NCBI GenBank assembly: GCA_020356065.1
Contig: CP070632.1
Location: 450,858 to 514,857 of the forward strand
Source: Nitrospiraceae bacterium
GTDB taxonomy: Bacteria > Nitrospirota > Thermodesulfovibrionia > UBA6902
Reading direction: 5' to 3'
DNA length: 64,000 nt
The position numbers and the translations under genes were made by a program. Position 1 is the first letter of the stretch. Each line of letters opens with the position of its first letter. The notes under the pieces were generated by a model that was not told the DNA's origin, did no database searches, and was given only the letters and a program-made list of their open reading frames with translations. This document shows positions 57,649 to 64,000 of this stretch, in pieces.

Positions 57649-58503
57649 TTATCGCGCTTTCTTTTTTGACCACACAGGAAGTGAAACTGACTTCTCCTCC
57701 ACTTCATAATTAACAGCCACCATCCATTCAGCATATGAAGAGTCAATCTCCTTTAAAGCCTGAAGAACTTCCTGTTTGAATGTTGTTTCAATGAGACCTG
57801 TACGTCCCGGCCAGAGACGAAACTTGATGCGAAGGAACACCTTTCCGGAGCTGATTTTCATCTTGCCTTCTAAAGAGGGTTCTGTAAGCACAATCCCGGG
57901 AAACTGCTCATAGACGGAATGTATAAGAGAAGGGATCATCTCTTCCATGCGCTTTGCGAGCCCGGTGTCTTTAGACAATGAAATATCGGCAAGACAGCGT
58001 ATATAACCACTTGGATAATTCACAACATTGGCAATTGTCCTGTTGGGAATAAACACCTCGGCCCCCATCGTATTAGTCAGAACAGTAAATCTCATGCCGA
58101 TGCTCTTTACAATGCCGCTCTGACCCGAGATCTCTACCATGTCGCCTACGTCAAATATATCGGAAAATACAATGGTCAGTCCGGTAACGACATCCTGAAC
58201 GAGACCCTGCGATCCAAAGCCGACGGCAAGACCAACAATGGTAGCGCTTACAAAGTAAGCTGTAAGCGACACGCCAAACTCGTTCAATATAAATCCCAAA
58301 ACAGCAAAGTACAAAACAAATACAAAAATACTTGTCACAAGACTGACAATGCTCTTAATTTTTGAAAATGATGAACTTAGCCGTTTAGTTAAGAATCTTT
58401 CGCTGAAGCGGCGGATAATCAGAACAGTCGCATGAGCTCCTGCAAACGCAACAAGAGTAATCGCAATCCGGTTTACACTGCTCATATCAGATAGCTCTTT
58501 CAT
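57649..58503 (-). CDS. mscS: Small-conductance mechanosensitive channel (MscS family)
   Basis: 284 aa. Three TM segments, then GLVQDVVTGLTIVFSDIFDVGDMVEISGQSGIVKSIGMRFTVL. Confidence 0.85.
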   Translation of the reverse strand: MKELSDMSSVNRIAITLVAFAGAHATVLIIRRFSERFLTKRLSSSFSKIKSIVSLVTSIFVFVLYFAVLGFILNEFGVSLTAYFVSATIVGLAVGFGSQGLVQDVVTGLTIVFSDIFDVGDMVEISGQSGIVKSIGMRFTVLTNTMGAEVFIPNRTIANVVNYPSGYIRCLADISLSKDTGLAKRMEEMIPSLIHSVYEQFPGIVLTEPSLEGKMKISSGKVFLRIKFRLWPGRTGLIETTFKQEVLQALKEIDSSYAEWMVAVNYEVEEKSVSLPVWSKKKAR

Positions 58504-58565
58504 ACCTTGAAATAAATTATATGATACCCTGTGGAAAAAAACACCGGGATTTTAAAGAAATGATT

Positions 58566-58585
58566 GAGGTCCGACCTCGACAATA
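58566..58585. repeat. Palindromic motif GAGGTCCGACCTCGACAATA, downstream flank of the nuclease gene
   Basis: Begins 4 nt beyond the stop at 58589. 20 of 22 positions are identical to the copy at 59454-59476. Confidence 0.7.
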
Positions 58586-58588
58586 CGA

Positions 58589-59422
58589 TCAGCAAAAACA
58601 CAACTCTTCGGCCTGATGTTTCAGTTGTGAAGCTTTTCTGTCGGTTATTGAAAGAATTTTCCTGATTGAAGCGGTATCCTTTTTTGCCAGGTCCTTCATG
58701 AGAAACATATTCTGTTCGATCAGTTTACGTACCTGCTGAGAAGTTAAGCCGGAAAGGACCGTCACAGGGTACAATCTGCTTTCCTCTATTATTTTTTCCA
58801 GGCTCATTTTTTTCGGGTATCCCCAGCTTACAATTGTCATCCCGCTGCATTCCGCAAACTGGATGGCATCATCAGTAAAGCGGGTATTCGTGACCAGCCA
58901 TCCGTTTATCTCCTTATCACGATACTGCTTTTCCATTGCAGTCCTGAGGTCCTGGTGCCGGGCATGTACATACAACGCCGTCTTGACATCATGGGCCCCT
59001 TCCGAGCTGTTGCGGTATTTGCATTCTACAAGGACTATCTCTTCATTATTTTCAGCATATACGTCGACCTCATGAGTGACACACCTGCCCTCAAGGATTA
59101 CACCCACTTTCACGTCATATCCGCTACTCCTGAGCAGTTCTCCTACATACTTCTCAAATGGATATCCTGAGGGGCCGAGTCTTAAAAGTGCGTCCTTCAA
59201 TGAATACCTCAGGACTGACGCCCTGTTATAGTGCTTCAGGTATCTGTGAGCAAGCCGGTAAATCTTTCTCGTGCTCATATGCGGCTTTATCTGAGATACG
59301 ATCTCGTTCACCACTTCCCGGGCATGCTCTTTTTCTGCGCCTGCACGTATCAGTGAATGAAGAAGTTTCTTTTCATTGAACTCTTCAATCTGGCCGCCCG
59401 CTTTTTTTATTTTCACGCTCAT
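58589..59422 (-). CDS. ATP-cone domain fused to a PD-(D/E)xK (Mrr-like) restriction-endonuclease-fold domain
   Basis: ATP-cone: MSVKIKKAGGQIEEFNEKKLLHSLIRAG...REVVNEI. Nuclease core: GYDVKVGVILEGRCVTHEVDVYAENNEEIVLVECKYR (D...E-x-K). I prefer the ATG at 59422 to the GTG at 59443. Confidence 0.7.
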   Translation of the reverse strand: MSVKIKKAGGQIEEFNEKKLLHSLIRAGAEKEHAREVVNEIVSQIKPHMSTRKIYRLAHRYLKHYNRASVLRYSLKDALLRLGPSGYPFEKYVGELLRSSGYDVKVGVILEGRCVTHEVDVYAENNEEIVLVECKYRNSSEGAHDVKTALYVHARHQDLRTAMEKQYRDKEINGWLVTNTRFTDDAIQFAECSGMTIVSWGYPKKMSLEKIIEESRLYPVTVLSGLTSQQVRKLIEQNMFLMKDLAKKDTASIRKILSITDRKASQLKHQAEELCFC

Positions 59423-59453
59423 TTGATTTTGCTCACTTTGCACATATTATACG

Positions 59454-59476
59454 TTATCGAGGTCCGACCTCGATAA
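59454..59476. promoter_or_regulatory. Perfect 23-bp palindrome TTATCGAGGTC-C-GACCTCGATAA in the divergent promoter region
   Basis: Read directly. It lies between the nuclease start (59422) and the LOG gene start (59558). Confidence 0.6.
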
Positions 59477-59557
59477 TTTCTTTTCAGATGCTATAATGGT
59501 GGGTAATATAAAATGTCCTGCCGGGAAACATTTTGTGCTGGTGAAAGGATGTAAGCC

Positions 59558-60277
59558 ATGATAAATGATAGGATTAAAAAAGACAGTGAATCCCTCCTGT
59601 CCAAGGTCTCCGGCATGGAGAAGGTGTTTCTTACGGGGAGGAGGAGCAGGGAGGCAGACCTTGAAAGTGCAGTAAGAATATTTCTCGAATTTTTACGCGG
59701 CTTCGAGACCCTGGTGTTCCCCGTTCCGTGTGTCACGGTGTTCGGCTCTGCGCGTTTCTCTGAAGACCACCGTTATTACAGGCTTGCCAGAGAACTTGGG
59801 ACAGGCCTTGCAAAGGCGGGGTACACGGTGATGACAGGCGGGGGTCCGGGCATTATGGAGGCTGCGAACAGAGGGGCGAAAGATGCAGGGGGCCACAGCA
59901 TAGGCTGCAATATCCAACTGCCTATGGAACAGAAACCCAATCCCTACGTTGACCAGTTCATCGAGTTTGAGCACTTCTTTGTACGAAAGGTGATGCTTAT
60001 CAAATATTCGTCAGCATTTGTGCTCATGCCCGGGGGATTCGGCACTCTCGATGAACTGTTTGAGGTCACAACCCTAATCCAGACGCAAAAGCTGGAAGCA
60101 TTTCCTATTATCTGCCTCGGCGGTGAGTACTGGGAGCACCTGCAGAATTTCTTCAAAGACACGTTGCTGACAGAAGGCACGATCAGCATGCCGGATGTTG
60201 ATCTTATAAAAAATGCGGCATCTGTTGAAGACGCTGTCCAGCACATAATGCAGTGTGTGCCCTGTGCATCAGAATAA
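59558..60277 (+). CDS. LOG-family (TIGR00730) nucleotide-monophosphate nucleosidase-like protein
   Basis: 239 aa. Motifs VFGSARF, TGGGPGIMEAANRGA and PGGFGTLDELFE. Confidence 0.85.
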   Translation: MINDRIKKDSESLLSKVSGMEKVFLTGRRSREADLESAVRIFLEFLRGFETLVFPVPCVTVFGSARFSEDHRYYRLARELGTGLAKAGYTVMTGGGPGIMEAANRGAKDAGGHSIGCNIQLPMEQKPNPYVDQFIEFEHFFVRKVMLIKYSSAFVLMPGGFGTLDELFEVTTLIQTQKLEAFPIICLGGEYWEHLQNFFKDTLLTEGTISMPDVDLIKNAASVEDAVQHIMQCVPCASE

Positions 60278-60291
60278 TATACTTGTCCCTA

Positions 60292-60909
60292 TTATTTCTT
60301 TTTCCAGTTTCCACTCGCATCCTGTATCCACCAGCCACTCCTGGCATTCTTTATCCAGCTTCCGGCGAAAATCGATTTGATGTCATCGATCCGGTCGGGA
60401 GGAAATTTATTCGCCTTGGCAATCTCAGCATACAGCGCTTCCCTGTCCCTGTTTTCGGCATCTATGAGGCGACTCAGCGCAGCCTTGTCTTTCAGGTTTA
60501 ATCCTTCACCGGACCTGACAACAAGCAGTCCGTCGTTCTTTATTCCGGCATTCCCGCTGTCCATAAAGGGAGTGATAGACCCTGCTCTCTGCTGGATCAA
60601 ATTTTTCAATGCCCGTATTGCAGGAGTAGTAACATTTATATCCGCTTCCTCTGCAAAGGCCTCTGCAGGACTGAATAGTGCCAGTACAAAATGTATCGAC
60701 TCCAGGATCCGGCTTTGAGGTTCGTCCTGCTTCTGAGGTTCATCCTGTTTTTTCGGCATGCCTCCCTGACCACCCCATACTTCCTCTACAATCCTGTCAG
60801 CAGCTTCTTCGACCGCAGCAGCCGGAAAATATATGTTAATGGTAATGCATGAAGTAATAAAAAAGACTATACAAGAAAGAACAAACCTGCCCGCGTACTT
60901 ACTACTCAT
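60292..60909 (-). CDS. ydbL: YdbL-like DUF1318 periplasmic protein
   Basis: 205 aa with an N-terminal hydrophobic segment. The C-terminal region is LSRLIDAENRDREALYAEIAKANKFPPDRIDDIKSIFAGSW. AGGAGG RBS. An internal 18-bp tandem duplication encodes KQDEPQ twice. Confidence 0.7.
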   Translation of the reverse strand: MSSKYAGRFVLSCIVFFITSCITINIYFPAAAVEEAADRIVEEVWGGQGGMPKKQDEPQKQDEPQSRILESIHFVLALFSPAEAFAEEADINVTTPAIRALKNLIQQRAGSITPFMDSGNAGIKNDGLLVVRSGEGLNLKDKAALSRLIDAENRDREALYAEIAKANKFPPDRIDDIKSIFAGSWIKNARSGWWIQDASGNWKKK

Positions 60910-61081
60910 AATAGACCTCCTGTCATTTAAACTGTCTTATTAAAAAGCATTCCTAAAAAAATATGTCAAATAAAATATTCTCAATATCTGAGACCATTTG
61001 CTTAATCAGATTATATATCATTTCTTTCATAACGGCTATTGAATATTTAGTATCTGTGTATAAATTGCAGTTTATTGTTTT

Positions 61082-61183
61082 TGTCATGCCCGAAGTTTAT
61101 GATCGGGTATCCAGACTTGTCCCCGCAAAAGCGGGGAACGATAAATGAATTGGTTCCCCGCTCAACAGAATACGGGAATGACG
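61082..61183. repeat. Double-hairpin intergenic repeat, copy F (three-hairpin variant)
   Basis: TGTCATGCCCGAAGTTTATGATCGGGTATCCAGA, then GTCCCCGCAAAAGCGGGGAAC, then TTCCCCGCTCAACAGAATACGGGAATGACG. Confidence 0.85.
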
Positions 61184-61217
61184 GCTTAAAGTTTGACGTT
61201 ATGCACATACATTTATA

Positions 61218-64000
61218 TCATTGCTGTACCTGTCCAATCCTCTGCAGTCTTTTTACCATCTCTTTAAAAGATATGTTCTGCGTGTAATTTATCACATCAA
61301 CCTTTGGAGGAAGAAATCCTCCCTTCACGAGATATCCGACCTTTCCGGTGCTTTCCAACCCGAGGAGGAGAAGGTTATCATTATTCAGTGAAGCACTGAA
61401 TCCAATTTTTTCATATCTGTATTCCTTGAAAAACCGGTAGATGCCTCTGTCAAGCAGGGATGTGGATGACCCGGTACCAAGGATAGAGATCTTTTTCAGG
61501 GCCTCGACGCTTATTTTCTGATCCACTCCCTTCTTCTTGACCGTCCCGATCCGGGCCGTGAAACTCTGGGCCTGGCCGTTGACAATTACCAGGTCTGTTA
61601 TACGGCCGCTGAGCACACCCGAAATATGGCCAAAGTCAAAGGCGCCTGTAAGTTTGCCCAGATGTATCCCGTCTATCTGAATCCCTGATTTTATCGATGC
61701 AATGGGACTAAAGAGATTATCTGCAGATAAATCGCGTATCCACATTTTTCCGTCAAAGAGTTCAAGCACTATTTCCCCATCGGTGCTGAGCCTCCCTTTG
61801 CTGAACAGGGCCTTTGGTATTGTCCCGGACAGCGTTCCGCTGAATTCAGGCATATCAAGAGCAGGGCCTGCCTCTGCAAGACTGATATTTGTAACGTTGA
61901 CTGAAAGGCTGACACTGCGTTCCGGGCTCAGTAAATCACTATACACGATATCCTTCAATACAATGTCCCCTCCGAACAGCCTGATGCTCACATCCTCCCT
62001 GAAGATCAGTGCATTCTGCCTTATTGCCGGAAAGAACTCCATATCTTTCAGGTTAATGTCTCCCCATAAAACATCCTTAACTCTCACAGAGCCGTATGTC
62101 CCGTCACGGGCAATTTCACCGGCCGTAGGGTATGACAGGTCAACAGGCAAAGTGATATGTATACCGGTCAGAGAACGGTTATGTTCCCTGCTCGTGATAT
62201 TCATGTCCCTGATATTCATGTTGCCCTGAACCGTATACCTGTCAGGTGACCCTCTGACAGAGAAGCGGCCGGACGTCATTCCCTGAATCTCAACATCTGA
62301 AAGGAAGGGAAACCGCTCCCTATACGTTTCCCGAACCAGAAAGCTGAATGCCTCGTGGTTCGCAATATCTTCAATCTGAATCTCTCCATCAATAAACGGC
62401 GATCTGTTTTTCAAGGATGCTTTGCCTGAAAATAAGATCTTTCCGATACCGCTTAAACCGGCCTCTGACCGTGCAACAATATACTCGCTGAGCGATGTAC
62501 TATAACTGGCCTCAGCTGCAAAGGAGAGTTGTCTGTTTTTGAAATTGCCATAAAATGTACCTGAAAGCAGTTCAAAGTCCGAAAGACGGGTCTGAACAGT
62601 AAAGTCTATCCGGGCCACAGGTAAAGGTATTTCATACTTGCCACTCAATTCTCCCTGTATACCTTCTCCTATATTTGTCTCATCATCAGATGAATAGCCT
62701 GCATCAGTCAGACTCATGCGTATGTCGCCGGACAGATGGGGCTTTCCTTTTTCTCCTTCACTCATCGTGAATGTTGTCTGAACGCGACCACCCCCGTGTA
62801 TGCTGAGGCCTTCTTCTTTTAATACAGAAGCCAGGGCCTTCTGCCCCAGTTCCTTTACATTAATGTCATTCCATGAAAGGTTCGCTTTAAGCATCGTATT
62901 CTTGTCTTGATGTATGGAGACTGAACCGCCAATGCCTTTTATTGAGTCACCATCCAGGGAAAGATCCTTAAGCATGACCCGTGGTCTGTTCAGGTCAGAA
63001 TCGACCATCCCTTTCAGAAGAATGTTGTCCTCTGACAGGACATCCCTGCCGCTGCTGGAGACAACAGCATTCTCAGCTTTTATCTGAAAAAAATCTGACC
63101 GGATTGATCCTTTCTTATATTCAAGGCGGGGTATATTTGCCTGTAATCCATGAACACTGAGGAGATGATCTTTTCCGGCATCAAGGAAAGAGCCTTCCAT
63201 GACATTTAGTGTTGATGCATGTACGGTGAATTGATCGTCCCTATAATCTATCGGGAGCGTTGTCTCAAAACCCGCAATCTTCACACTGTCAGTTTTCAGA
63301 TATTCCCCTTCTACGTCTGCCATGGCACTGAGTACAGGTGCTCCGCGGTTCCCTGATACTTCCAGTTTTACAGAAGCGGTTGCCCTGAAATCCATTGTAT
63401 TGAGCCAGTCGACGGAAGGCCCTGAGACGATTTTAAATGCATCATGTAATGACATCTCTTCTGTCGTAAGCACAATCGCCATATCAGGATTATCTGAAAG
63501 AACATTGTTCAGAGCTCCGCGTAATTGCAGGGGTGCCAGATCCCCAATCTGAATTTCAGAGGAAATGACTTCAATGCTGTTTTTGTCTGATCTGAAAACG
63601 CCCTCTGATGCAAGCCCTGCTGATGTACTCCGTAGGTTTAAACGGACAGTCCCTGCCTGCACGAAAAGATCGCTTGCTGATACCTTCGTTTCCCATATGA
63701 ATGTACGCCCTGAATCTTCTTTTCCCTTTGCCAGCCTGAAGGTTATGTCCGCAATTCCGGACAGTGATGCGTCAGTTTTCTCCGGGCTGACTGCACCATA
63801 CAGGGCACCAAGGTGTGTTTCGGTAAGCTTGATCGTCGCATCTGGTACATCAAAGTTCCTGACATCAACTGTCGCATCAACAGCTGCATTTGACATAAAG
63901 CCGGGGACGACTGCAGATGCTTTCAGCTTTGAAGCCCCCTCTTTTTCCTGCATCTGCAGGGATACCTGCACGTTATTAATCGTTATGCCCTTATCCCCCT
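61218..64000 (-). CDS. ydbH: Large AsmA-like/YdbH-like envelope protein (partial; the N-terminus lies beyond the window end)
   Basis: More than 926 codons. The frame stays open upstream of the track's GTG at 63971, through to 63998. It has a repetitive beta-rich sequence and a C-terminal ...KISILGTGS...FKEYRYEKIGFSASL...GYLVKGGFLPPKVDV. Sits upstream of a ydbL-like gene, as in the E. coli ydbH-ynbE-ydbL operon. Confidence 0.6.
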   Translation of the reverse strand, partial: GDKGITINNVQVSLQMQEKEGASKLKASAVVPGFMSNAAVDATVDVRNFDVPDATIKLTETHLGALYGAVSPEKTDASLSGIADITFRLAKGKEDSGRTFIWETKVSASDLFVQAGTVRLNLRSTSAGLASEGVFRSDKNSIEVISSEIQIGDLAPLQLRGALNNVLSDNPDMAIVLTTEEMSLHDAFKIVSGPSVDWLNTMDFRATASVKLEVSGNRGAPVLSAMADVEGEYLKTDSVKIAGFETTLPIDYRDDQFTVHASTLNVMEGSFLDAGKDHLLSVHGLQANIPRLEYKKGSIRSDFFQIKAENAVVSSSGRDVLSEDNILLKGMVDSDLNRPRVMLKDLSLDGDSIKGIGGSVSIHQDKNTMLKANLSWNDINVKELGQKALASVLKEEGLSIHGGGRVQTTFTMSEGEKGKPHLSGDIRMSLTDAGYSSDDETNIGEGIQGELSGKYEIPLPVARIDFTVQTRLSDFELLSGTFYGNFKNRQLSFAAEASYSTSLSEYIVARSEAGLSGIGKILFSGKASLKNRSPFIDGEIQIEDIANHEAFSFLVRETYRERFPFLSDVEIQGMTSGRFSVRGSPDRYTVQGNMNIRDMNITSREHNRSLTGIHITLPVDLSYPTAGEIARDGTYGSVRVKDVLWGDINLKDMEFFPAIRQNALIFREDVSIRLFGGDIVLKDIVYSDLLSPERSVSLSVNVTNISLAEAGPALDMPEFSGTLSGTIPKALFSKGRLSTDGEIVLELFDGKMWIRDLSADNLFSPIASIKSGIQIDGIHLGKLTGAFDFGHISGVLSGRITDLVIVNGQAQSFTARIGTVKKKGVDQKISVEALKKISILGTGSSTSLLDRGIYRFFKEYRYEKIGFSASLNNDNLLLLGLESTGKVGYLVKGGFLPPKVDVINYTQNISFKEMVKRLQRIGQVQQ

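Noticed and set aside
60717-60752. 18-bp tandem duplication (GAGGTTCGTCCTGCTTCT / GAGGTTCATCCTGTTTTT) inside ydbL
   Set aside because: It is in frame and encodes a duplicated KQDEPQ in a low-complexity linker. It is probably slippage with no independent function.
11516-61183. Possibility that the recurring repeat is a CRISPR array or an att/integron site
   Set aside because: Copies are about 5-27 kb apart, separated by ordinary genes, and internally palindromic with variable spacers. No cas, integrase or transposase gene is adjacent (xerC at 26242 is in the housekeeping xerC-hslVU context).
60963-61287. Two plus-strand ORFs of 61 and 70 aa, and a 58-codon minus-strand ORF, in the ydbH/ydbL spacer
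   Set aside because: All run through repeat copy F or into the antisense of ydbH. None has a lipoprotein signal or an RBS.

Overview
The window is a gene-dense (about 90% coding) chromosomal segment of a diderm, probably anaerobic bacterium; I cannot assign taxonomy without a database search. Most genes are on the minus strand and are housekeeping. They include partial ilvA, a two-gene sufC/sufB-like pair, mutL, hypF, xerC-hslV-hslU, an IDH-family dehydrogenase, a divergent uvrA-like gene, mog plus a MOSC gene, a tmk-holB-ricT-metG operon, ubiE, rsmG, ubiX and cysK. There is also an ion-transport cluster (corA, DUF389, an SLC12-like permease, zntB-like, mscS) and ydbH-like plus ydbL-like envelope genes. 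I saw no rRNA, tRNA, CRISPR array, transposase or prophage.

The observations most worth a second look are:
1. A roughly 80-115 bp double-hairpin intergenic repeat present six times, with compensatory stem substitutions.
2. A cytoplasmic multi-PAS histidine kinase and a sigma-54 activator, followed by a canonical -24/-12 promoter in front of a 69-aa Cys-rich ORF.
3. A second canonical sigma-54 promoter, with upstream TTGTCAT repeats, driving a secreted tail-fibre-like protein that carries a peptidase-S74-type chaperone domain.
4. An ATP-cone/PD-(D/E)xK nuclease gene bracketed by the same palindrome and divergent from a LOG-family gene.
5. A standalone LigD 3'-phosphoesterase domain translationally coupled to ubiE.
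6. A candidate roughly 170-nt structured RNA in a 530-bp ORF-free gap.
7. A PEP-CTERM protein and a PKD-repeat protein that share an N-terminal domain.

All functional calls come from reading motifs in the supplied translations and the DNA. No searches were run.
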